DNA of 64,000 bases from Octopus sinensis (lineage: Eukaryota): NCBI RefSeq assembly GCF_006345805.1, contig NW_021836000.1, forward strand, positions 186,001-250,000, in the 5' to 3' direction. The notes under the pieces were generated by a model that searched no databases, had not been told where the DNA came from, and saw only the letters and a list, made by a program, of their open reading frames with translations. Both the position numbers and the translations under genes were made by a program. Below, piece after piece: positions 49,601-60,469 of the stretch (position 1 is its first letter; each line of letters opens with the position of its first letter).

Positions 49601-51199
49601 TTGTCGTCAAATAAATATTTTTGAGCTCATTTAAATGTTATACAAATTATTTCAATTACAAATAAAAATCAACATCTGCCGCCTTCCTTTATCAAGCAAT
49701 ATTCTCTGTAAAAATATATAATTATAATGATTAAATTTGCAAACTGAAGGTCAAATGAGATACTATCCTTTTCATTAATTTTCTTTTCCGAAAGACGTGT
49801 AAAAATAAGTACAAATTCAAACAAAGAGGTCCTTGGGAGCAACAACTGCAACAACGACTACACAGAGATAACGTAGCACAAACACCGAAGAAGCATATGA
49901 TGGGTTAATTCACTTACAATGAAATTAAACCAAAAGATATATTGTTAGCAAGACATGACAGAAGTGTGAAACATATCAATCGTCCCATATATAAACGCAG
50001 TTCCTGAAGAAAAACAGTGTTCTAAGAGGCATCAAATGAATTTAATGTCTTTCTTTTCGTCAAATAAATATTTATTTAATTTCATTTAACTGTTATAATG
50101 TTATAAGGAAAAATTTCAACTACGAATAGAATGAAACATTGTGACAATCCACCATCAAGCAATATACTCAGTACGAGTGTATAATTATACTAATTAAATC
50201 CACAAATCAAAACTCCTTTAGAACAAATGTGCGTGTGAATACAGTAATGGTGACACTGACTTGCAGCAGCAAAAGAACACATTTTGTAGGAATTTCTCTG
50301 TATATATTTTTTGCGCGTTGTAAATTTAAATTCAAAATATCTCTTAAAAAATAAATAATTAAAAAAAGGGATACGAGTTTACTCTCCGAGAATTACAAAT
50401 TTAAAAAAATTGGAGAAATTATAAAACCGGTTTTTTTGCACTCATTGTATATGTTATTCTTTTGCTGATCGCAAAATTTCTCGAAAGATACTTCGTTGAA
50501 ATAAAAAAAAGACAAGAAACGAATACACCAATTGTGCCTTATCTTACGCTATCCTGCGTAAAGTTCCAGAAACTATTTCTGAAAAGTACCACACAATCAA
50601 TTTTAGTATTGTTTTCAATTAAATTTAAATTCAAATTATTTGACAATATATTACTTTATTTGTACTTAGAACAGATAAGCCAAAAAATAAATACTGGGAA
50701 ATCAAACAATACAACTGTTTTATTTTATAAAATGAAAATTCGGCATAGAATAAAAGTATAACAAACATTAATAATCATTAAGTAATGTTGATTCAAAAAA
50801 ATAGAAAAAATAAATAAATAAATGTCTGAAAAATAAAATTATACATAACATTTAGAATCGATTTGACGATTGGAATTTAAAAATTAGGTCATCAAAAAGG
50901 TCATCAAAGTGAATAAAATAATATATAAAATCATAAACTAAGGAATAATACATATCACAATATTGTAAAAACAAACTCATAACCAACAATTTTTGTAATT
51001 CATGGAAGGTCTGAGCAAATATCAATATGCATAAAAATCCTTGAATAGAAATAATAATAATTATGAATAAAAAATTAATATTTGCAGCAAAATAAGAAAA
51101 TCAAAAGAACGTCCCCGACTCGTTATAATTAATTAATAAAACTGTGAATTTATAGAAAAATCTATGGCCAATATTAAGAGCGTAGTGGGGTCAAGTGTT

Positions 51200-51760
51200 G
51201 AGGTTTATAAATGAACTGTCATCTAGTTGTGTGCTCAGATTAAAAATCCAATTGATTCTAAGCAATCCAAAGAAATCTACGAGGAAGTAGCAGAAAAGTC
51301 AACAAGGACCTTTGCGGGCTTAACAGGGGACGGCTCAAAGAGGAGAGATGGAGTTGGCAAGTATAGTCTGTACTTCCTTCTTCAAGAAAAGAAAGTACCC
51401 AGACAAATGGTCTTACATAAGGATTACGTTTCAGAGGAAGAAGTGTTTTAAACACTTCACATACATCACTTGCCAAATCTAAATCGTGAAATTTTGACAG
51501 GAATGGTTTTATGTCGAAAAAAACCCACATGGCTACAGATTATGTTGTTTGGAAATATAAAATCTAAACCTGCTTAGACATAAAATTAAGGATGCTAAAA
51601 GAAATGCAAAAAACTTTAACAAAAACAAATCTGCAAGAATCAGTTTTTTGTGCTATGCTACTCCCCGAGAGAACCACTGCGAAAGCAAGTTAAGCAAATT
51701 CTCTTCAAATATAACCACCTAAAACGATTTGACAATATCTCTAATACATAAATGAAGGAA
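51200..51760 (+). mobile_element. Degenerate Ginger2/KRBA2-like integrase fragment
   Basis: YVSEEEVF*TLHIHH, NLNREILT..LC.KK and FCAMLLPERTTAK..PPKTI. Confidence 0.4.
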
Positions 51761-51967
51761 AAAAGATATACTGTTAAATTTTAACACATAGCTCACATTT
51801 TAAAATATCAGTTGAATTTTCTGAATTCTTTAAAAGAACTAAATAGAAAAACAATAAAAATTGATCAAATGAATCATATAATTGGTTATTAACTTACAAA
51901 AAAATATATTCCATTCTTTTGAAAAAAAATAGCTCATTAAAAACATGAAAAAACAGTTTTTTAATGA

Positions 51968-52530
51968 TTTTCAGGAATGCAATTTAAATTAGATGACCCA
52001 AATAAAAGAATATAATTTTGAAATTTGAGATTTCATTGTGATTTTCAGTTTTTAATAATCTACCTGAGTCTTTCAACCAGTTTGATATTTTTTTGACTTC
52101 TAATTCTTACTACATAAGATTTTTTAAAAAAATAATTTTGGCTAAAGTTTCGTTTTTTCTTTTTTAAATTTTCAGGAATCGAATTTAAATTAGATGACCC
52201 AAATAAAAGAATATAATTTTGAAATTTGAGATTTCATTGTGATATTCAGTTTTTAATAATCTACCTGGGTCTTTCAACCAGTTTGATATTTTTTTGACTT
52301 CTAATTCTTACTACATAAGATTTTTTAAGAAAATAATTTTGGCTAAAGTTTCGTTTTTTTCTTTTTAAAATTTTCAGTAATCCAATTCAAATTAGATGAC
52401 CCGAATTTCCAAAATTCGAATTTCATAACGATTTTCAGTTTTTTGATATTTATTAGGCCCTTCTACAAGTTCGATATTTTTTGAAACAAAAATTTTGTTT
52501 GAAGTTTCGTAGTTTTCTTTTAAATTTTTT
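51968..52530. repeat. Tandem repeat, ~202-bp unit, two near-identical copies plus one diverged copy
   Basis: TTTCAG(G/T)AAT..AAATTAGATGACCC starts at ~51968, ~52170 and ~52372. Confidence 0.9.
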
Positions 52531-53890
52531 GAGATATTAACTTTAGAGGCACTTAATAAATCTATTTTCCCATTCTTAGGACCTAGAAAGCTATAAAATC
52601 TTCGTTTCTACCTGATACAATCCATATTTTAGATTTATAATTTTAAATTGAAATAAGAGTGGAATTCTTTTTCGTATGATGTGATCGAGTCATAAAGATT
52701 GATAAAGAAATATTCAAGTCTATTAAACTTTTGGATTGCTAATCTTTCACGAGTTAGATTTAATTGGTCTGGTTTTATTGCAAAAGAAACAACTTTCCAG
52801 CTAGAATCAAATCTCGTCAACGTTCTCTGGCCGTAGGCCGATGAGTCCTTTTGGCATGATACAGTTGAAAAAGGGAATCTTTTTATTCCTGAATCAACTA
52901 ATTTAGCGTGGCTTTATCTGCTCTACCAAGTCAGTTGGATCTCGAAACACCCAGTAGGAACCCAATACCCACATCAAAAGAACCTCTACCCATGGGAGAT
53001 CCTCGTACCAGGACGATATACTTTCCATAGAACCAAACCATCCCAGACAAAATTCCCAATGTATTTATTAAAGGATTTACAGAGAAGATGGAAGGAAGAT
53101 TTGTGGAGTCTCCCCTTTTTGAATATAAAAGTGCGATCTACATTATTATTTTATGAAATATAAAATATATTTGACATAAAAGATATTGATAAAATTCTCT
53201 GAAGTTTAAGTGGATTGACAACTACTTTCCCCATCATCGATGTCGAGTTTATTTGTAATCTTAATTTTTTATTTAATAAATGTGATGGGATTTTTTTTTA
53301 ATTATCAACTTATTAAAAGAATTTATTTTTCAAATGAAATTTAGAACTTAACCGGTTAATAAATAAATCTAAAATTACTCTCTGAAAAATATCAAAACCT
53401 TCTCATTTGAAGTGGTACGATTGGTTTCTTCTGCATTTCCAATAAAATTAAATAATTCAGAAAAAGAATTTAAAACTTTACTTTTGAAGAATTTAGAACT
53501 TTAATAAAAATAAATTAACAAAAAAACCTTATAAATAATTTTAAACACGAATACAAAAATCTTGTGATTATTTTTGGATAGATTATATATAAAGTAACTA
53601 TTTTCTTTTTTATCCTGGTCATAAAAAATAAAATAACATTCTCCTATTTTAAATGAGCCTGTTGTAACCAATAAAACGGAGGAAGGTGTGCTGATGGTTA
53701 GGATATTGACAATAAACAATAATCATGTTATTCATACCTGTTTTTTGATTAGTCCAACCAAAATCTAAATATGTTAGTTAGATTGTACATAAGAAGATTA
53801 TCCATAATTTTAATATAATTATTATTTTCGGCTTTTGAGGGAGGTTACATTCCCAGAAATAAGAATACATTTTTTTCGTCAACAAACCTG

Positions 53891-54238
53891 AATTTTTATT
53901 CCCCAATTTATTTACCGCCATGTGAGTATACATCTAAATATGACTGTATTAATTTAAAATCAATATAAATTGAAGATTGGCGATTATTATTTTTCTGTTC
54001 GTCATGATACGTGAATTCCTTAACATTATATTTATCAGTTTTACCATTTGAGTCATGAAGTGGAAATTTTATTCCCCAATTTATTTACCGCCATGTGAGT
54101 ATACATCTAAATATGACTGTATTAATTTAAAATCAATATAAATTGAAGATTGGCGATTATTATTTTTCTGTTCGTCATGATACGTGAATTCTTAAACATT
54201 AATATTTATCAGTTTACCATTTGAGTCATGAAGTGGAA
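53891..54238. repeat. Tandem duplication, ~174-bp unit x2
   Basis: AATTTT(T)ATTCCCCAATTTATTTACCGCCATGTGAG...GAGTCATGAAGTGGA occurs twice. Confidence 0.9.
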
Positions 54239-54466
54239 TAAGAGATGAATTACTGAAGCTGTGGGTTTCGTTCATCGTTTTTTTAAATAAATAATTCGTT
54301 AATATATTGATATAATATATGCGCATTGTGAATTATTGCCGATATTAATATTCCGGATTGAGTTTATTATTTAAATATTTTAATTTATTTGATTCAAGTA
54401 CACAAAGGAGATCACAACTAGGGCCAATGCACAGCTTCAAAGTTTATGTCATTCCTTTGTGAAAAA

Positions 54467-55633
54467 ATGGACTGATTGTTGACCAATTATCAAAAGGATT
54501 ACTAAAACAATTGATGTAGAAAATCTCTTTAGTCAACTATTTTTAAAAGAACTCTGAAGAATAACAGTTTTAATATTCGCCGAACAAGTCCTTTCCTGAC
54601 ATTTAGTCACCAGAAAGGGCTAGACTGCACCTATTAGGATATTTATACAGAAAATGGGAAAGAGATGTTTGTACTTTCTCTTTGCTGAATATAAAGGAGC
54701 AATACTTGATTACAAATTTAATTAAATAAAATAGAAATGCTTTTTGTAAAATCAAATTAAAATACAAAATCAAAGTCATCTAAATAAATGGGATTCCGAT
54801 CCAGGTAGTATTCCTATATACCTGGTATTGTGATCCAAAAAATGATAGTAAAAGAGCTTCTTCATTATTAATCCGTTTCTTAAAAAAATAAAGCATCCAA
54901 CAAAAAAAAAGATGGACTGATTGTTGACCAATTATTAAAAGGATTACTAAAACAATTGATGTAGAAAATCTCTTTAATCAACTATTTTTAAAAGAACTCT
55001 GAAGAATAACAGTTTTAATATTCGCCGAACAAGTCCTTTCCTGACATTTAGTCACCAGAAAGGGCTAGACTGCACCTATTAGGATTTTTTTTTTGAGAAT
55101 CAAGAAAATTAGAGAAGAGAAATTAACTAATCTAGATGAGTCGCCGAGCGAATGGACAGGCAATTTCCACGTAATATCGCGAACGATATCCGCTGAAAAA
55201 GCCAGCTCGTTTCACGACTGTCGTGACTCCTCCTCGAGATGATTGAACCAATCTCTGAGAGGAGTTTGAGGGCTTTGGGTCCAATTATCCCACTGGTCTC
55301 GAAAGCCAGAGGAATGAAGCAGCAGGTATCGGTCAAAGAGGCATATTTAGCAGTTTTCCTAGATTAGGATATTATACAGAAAATGGAAAGAGATTTTTGT
55401 AGTTTCTTTTGTTGAATATAAAGGAGCAATACTTGATTACAAAATTAATTAAACTAAAATAGAAATGGTTTTTTTTTAAATCAAATAATATAGAAAATCA
55501 AAGTCATTTAAATAAATGGGATTCCGATCCAGGTAGTATTCCTATATACCTGGTATTGTGATCCAAAAAATGATAGTAAAAGCTTCTTCATTATTAATCC
55601 GTTTCTTAAAAAATAAAGCATCCAACAAAAAAA
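54467..55633. repeat. Tandem duplication (~445-bp unit) containing the ICMT last exon and its downstream flank
   Basis: ATGGACTGATTGTTGACC.. starts at 54467 and 54912; the second copy carries a 277-bp CRE insertion. Confidence 0.92.
55086..55362 (-). mobile_element. CRE-clade 3' fragment with poly(A) tail and 8-bp TSD
   Basis: FIPLAFETSG..WLFQRISFAILRGN; T10 run at 55085-55094; ATTAGGAT at 55078-55085 and 55363-55370; empty site present in the other duplicate copy. Confidence 0.93.
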
Positions 55634-56200
55634 CAGAACAGTCGAAAACGGATTAACCCAACGTAATCTATAACAATAACAAAAATCTTAAATACCTGAG
55701 TCCCAACAGAGAAATAAAAAAAATCCAACAAGCAGGATGCCGAAAATACTTATAGACTCCATTTTTTATTAGATCCTGATCCCGACGTAGTTTGGATTCT
55801 ATTTGATGACTATAGTTACTCCCGAGTGTTAGGATTGAGACCTTTCTCAATAAATCTGCCAACAAGAAATCAATATTCCCAAAATCGATAAAAATTTAAA
55901 ATTTTCTCTGAAACCTTGAAAATATTAAAAAAGATGAAAAACCGGGAAATAAGAAAATAGAAACTAAATATTCAAAAATTGCTATCCCATCGCATAAAAG
56001 TAATCTCCATTTGTAAAAAGAAACGATTCGTTTGAAAAATCATAAACTTTTGCAACATTGGCACATATAATTCTAAATAATGAAACATGCACAGTTGTAT
56101 GAGAAATATTCCAAATAGTATATGCTTTGACCAAAATAGTACAAAAAAGAGCCCAATGGACAAAACTAATCCAAAATCGTTGAGTTGTTTATAATCTACA
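55508..56200 (-). pseudogene. ICMT: Protein-S-isoprenylcysteine O-methyltransferase, multiply frameshifted
   Basis: MFHYLE, LRKVSILTLGSNYSH, LIKNGVYKYFRHP and FFGSQYQVYR..GIPFI*; at least four frame breaks including a 2-bp deletion. Confidence 0.8.
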
Positions 56201-56629
56201 CAAAATTGAATTAAAAATGAAACGTTTTTTTATTCAGAATAATTATTTTGAGGTACATTTTTTAGGATAAAATAAACCCGAAATTGTTTGAAAGAAAATT
56301 AAGAATGTTAAATAAGCATTCTTAAGGTAAAAAATAAATATGGTTGAAGAGCCTAATAAGAAAGAAATCAATGAGAATATTAATGAAGTAAGAAATCAAT
56401 GAGAATATTAATGAAGTATTGTGGGAATCGTTCTAATTTTTTTATTATAATAAAAAAACGTTAAAATCATTTCTGGTCAGTCCACAAGAAGTGATAATCT
56501 CATAATTAGAATTTATTTATCAGACATAATTTTATTTTAATTTGAAATAAATTTTAATAATAATCTCTGTTCCCTTTCAACGCATATTCCACGTGTTATA
56601 ATAAATATATCAACCTCGCCAACTCGGAC

Positions 56630-57200
56630 ATTGTGGCAATGATAGAGTTTCATTAACCGTGCTTACTAGTTTAAGAAAATAAGACCAGGAACAAAAGACC
56701 GCTGTGAAAATACGGAACACTATCGATGCCCGGATAAGTTACCAAGCACAGATTGAGAAGGAAATGCCCAATTTGATCGTTATTGCGTGATACTACATAA
56801 ATACGGAAAATTTCAGTGTGTCCACTTTATAAGACACTGACGAGAGCTGGTGAGTCATGTGGTCGAAGAATGTGCAGGGACTCTGTCCACCACGGGACAT
56901 TTCACCAACTTTATTTTCTCAATAGATCTATGTATTGAGAAAAGCCAGATTACTAGATAAAGTGCGGAGTGGCCATGATATGCGCTCTAAACTATATTAA
57001 CCTAAATGGATAACGATGACGTTCAGTGCACATGTTTAATTATTATATGAGTTCTAGAGCAATGGAATTACTGCCAAGATTGAAGGGAATCTGATTTATG
57101 AGAGTACAACTGACTTGACTGATGGAATATTCGCCGGATTTGGACTGTCGGGATACAAGGTGGCGGACTTTGACGAGGTTGAATACTACGGTTTCAACTA
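56630..57200 (+). pseudogene. Galactocerebrosidase (GH59)-like C-terminal relic, intronless
   Basis: Colinear motifs SLTVLTSL, EMPNL, YYINTE, VMWS, TGHFTNFIFSIDLCIE and FAGFGLSGYKVADFDEV match the order of the GALC C-terminal domains as recalled; several stops. Confidence 0.5.
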
Positions 57201-57312
57201 ATCATTTACTTTATTTTCTCTATCACTAACTTTCTTGATTAAACTATTGCTTAAAACCACTCTTAAAATAAAGGAATTATATTAGCACTCCTTCAGCTCT
57301 CATAATCTAGAT

Positions 57313-59557
57313 CAGGGTTTCTCAAGTTTTTTAACGTCGGGGCCAAATCGATAATTAACCATTGTCTTCGGGGCCGCAGAATAAATTAAATTAAAACTTT
57401 CATTAACTTTTAACTAATTTTTTTTTAGATTCATTTTTTATTCAGAAACCGAGATAGTTAGTCTTAATTAATTAAAGGAAAATGACTAAAACGAAAAATT
57501 GTTAACTAAAACGAAAAATTGTTAGCTATTTTAACTAATTGTTAACTAATTTGTCATAACACGGAATATAGGAGGCACATGTAGATCGCAAAAGCTGGCA
57601 TAAGTGATTATCAGTCAATTTATTTCGATATTTATTTTTTATGTGAATCATTTTACTGAAAATTGACTCACATAAATAAGTGGATCCGAACATTGAAGCA
57701 TATTTATAAGCATTTATGAGTATATTCGGATATTTTTCTTTGGGAAGTGAACTATAAAATTCCATTAAATTTTCAATCTTTTGCACTGAGGTAAATTGCA
57801 CATCTGATTGAAGGTCTATCAATTCTAATTGGAGTGATGGCGGAGCATTCTTAGGATCTATATTGAATGGTGCTGCAAAAATTTTCATTGATGGCAAAAT
57901 TTCATCAAAATTCTTAAAATAAACTAAATTTTAATAAACCTTAGAACGTTTTTCAAATTCAACAATAAGGTGACTGATAATGGTAGTATATTTTTCAAAT
58001 GAACCGTTAGCTTTATTTTCACTCAAACAAGTAAAATGAATTGTATCTTTGAGCATTATTTGATCCCTCCAAAGTTTTAATTTTGATATAAAAGAAGCAA
58101 TAGATCCATAGAGTTGATGGCAAAATTTATATTTCCCCTGTAATTCACAATTTAACGACGATAAATGAGAGGTTAGATCTACCCAAAAAGCTAAATCGGC
58201 AATCCACTCTTTACTGCTCAACAAATCATGGTATTTGTGGTCTTTAACAAATTCTCTTATTTGAGGGAGTAGTTCATAAAATCTAACTTCTATTCAAGCA
58301 AATATACCTTTTGAGGCACGCGGCACGACTCAACCATCGAACAGTGGTATGGTAAAGCACATCATTATGCACTGTGTCAATTTCCACTAACATTTTTTTA
58401 AATCTCCTGTGATTGAGAGATTTACCGCGTATCCAATTCACAATGGACAACACCGTACTTATTACATTTTGCATTTTAAGTGACTTTGCGATTATATTCT
58501 CCTGATGAATGATACAATGTTGCCAAAATATAGGATCAAGATTTTTTTCAAGTCTCCATTCTGAATAAAGTCCATGAAACCCTTTATTACGACCAATCAT
58601 ATTCGCCCCCCCATCAGTACATATGGAAATTATTTTGGAAGGATCAATGTCAAATTCTTTAATACTTTCAAGGAATTCGTTAAGTACATCCATTCCTTTT
58701 GTAGTGCCTTTTAATGAACGAAGAGAAAAAAATTCTTCAGAAATTTTAAAATCCGAAGTGACACCTCTAATGCATACGACCATTTGTTCGGTATCAGAGA
58801 TATCTTTACTCGTGTCGACAGCAAAAGAATGATATAAAAAATCTTTCGATGTTCTATAAAAATTATTTTTAATAGTAAAGAACTTGATTAGCTGACGGGC
58901 AAGGTCCTCAAAAATACATTCTATTCTTCTTGTAATAGTATCATTACTTAATGGTAATCGTTTTGCAATATTTTGTATATTTGACGGACAACATTCATCA
59001 CAAAAAATGGAAATAGCAGTTTTAATAATTTCTCCGTCAGAATAAGGTTTCATATTTACAGCAAGAAGGTGGCTAATTTTATAAGACGTTAATAACTGAT
59101 GCTTATTTTCCACTGGTTTAAATATTGAGGACTGATTTTTAAATGACGTCTTTAATATATTGAGTTTTTTTTTCCTTGACTCTCCGAGATATAAATTGTA
59201 TATTTCGGAGTGCTTCTTATAATGACGTTCAATAGTATAATTTTCAATGAATTAATGACACAGTTGCATATCAAACAAACAGCTTTACCATTCAGTTCAA
59301 CGAAAAAAAACTTTTCTTCCTATTCAATTTGAAATTCTCTATTTTCTTGAGATAATGTTCGATATTTCTTTGATGGCATGAAAAAATACTCAACCTGAAA
59401 TATATTTACAAACACGTGTAGTTAAAATATTATCTTTAATAATATTAATTTACAATTAATTTTATATCCAAAATTTATTTTAAAGTTTGGAAGTCGGGGC
59501 CGCAAAAAAGATTCTCGGGGCCGCATGCGGCCCGAGGGCCGCACTTGAGAACCCCTG
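57313..59557 (-). mobile_element. hAT (SPIN/GTF2IRD2-like) DNA transposon, full length, one premature stop
   Basis: TIRs CAGGG(T/G)TTCTCAAGT and perfect TSD ATCTAGAT (57305-57312 / 59558-59565). Motifs KAVCLIC, FAVDTSKD, ICTDGG, HCIIHQE, VRWLSR, YLCESIFS; introns of 30, 25 and 27 nt; TAG at a Trp position near 59340. Confidence 0.95.
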
Positions 59558-59699
59558 ATCTAGATCAACGAATCGACCAATGCAGGATATATGATTATAT
59601 AGTATTTAAGAAAGTAATTAATAATAAAATATAAACTATTGCATGGTCGAAACATCAGATTTTATTATCATCATTAGGAGTACAAACGCGACACATAGT

Positions 59700-60420
59700 G
59701 CAGCGTGTATAAAATTTATTTAATTAAAATATTTTATTTGAGAAATTAGTCGAGTCTTCTGCACTTTATCTCCGTTTTTTAGCCTTATTAAACTCTCTTC
59801 GAGTTTAACTCCGCAATTTCCTAAATTTCCGTGCGAGTTTGTGACTTTATTTGAGAATGTCAAATTTACTCTTTCGTTACTGTCTGGGAACTACAAACTT
59901 ATTTTTTTGATCTTCTTCTAGGTTTGGTGGATATCCTGCAGTTTAGGAGTAACTGCGTAATCGACTTGATATCACGATATGGTTTATTTAGTTTATTTTG
60001 TGCAGTTCGTTTGACAAGTCTTGTCTCTAATGTCCTGTGAAATGATGCTTGCGGCTGCATTTATCCATTTGATTTGTTCGTATATTTGTACCCACTACGT
60101 TCCCATCGAGTTATCTTCCTTGTTGTGTGGCCTGTTGGGTACCAAAGAAAAGTACAGAAGAGGGGAAATAATCCTGTGGTAAATAAAAGTGATTAAGTTT
60201 AATGCGTCTGCTCTCAGTCAATTTTCTTCCTTTTTGAGCCAGCGCTTGGCTCTGCGGTCATTCTCAGTTTGATGGGCACACTCGGCAAAGCTTACTCCGT
60301 TGTTCTGTTTATAAACCAATCCATTAAGGATTCTTCCGGCTGGACCATTCCAAACTTATGTTTTGCACACATATTCTTCAATGTTCTCCAGATAACCACT
60401 CTAAACTATATTAACTCGTC
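59700..60420 (-). mobile_element. Degenerate APE-type non-LTR fragment
   Basis: Scraps resembling AKH..W, L.DW..N and the endonuclease-RT linker; many stops. Confidence 0.35.
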
Positions 60421-60469
60421 ATTCGTTTTTGAGAATTGGTTTGTTTAACACTTTTCAATTAGTCTAAAC

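Noticed and set aside
49800-50300. ARHDRSVKHI motif as an R2/NeSL-type retroelement remnant
   Set aside because: Single short motif without the flanking CCHC or nuclease residues.
50462-50761. AT-rich ORFs such as 2243..2467, 30708..30956, 50462..50761 and 53501..53719
   Set aside because: Low-complexity F/I/L/K-rich translations typical of non-coding AT-rich DNA; no motifs recognised.
1600-55362. All five CRE fragments lie on the minus strand
   Set aside because: Probability about 1/16 by chance, and two of the fragments are adjacent and may not be independent.
56835-56875. CTGACGAG...CGAAG as a hammerhead ribozyme core
   Set aside because: Lacks GAAA and a convincing stem II, and lies within the GALC-like relic.
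56985-60415. 17-bp exact direct repeat CTCTAAACTATATTAAC (56985-57001 and 60399-60415) as a possible retroelement TSD
   Set aside because: A few such matches are expected by chance in 64 kb this AT-rich, and the enclosed sequence is a mixture of unrelated relics.
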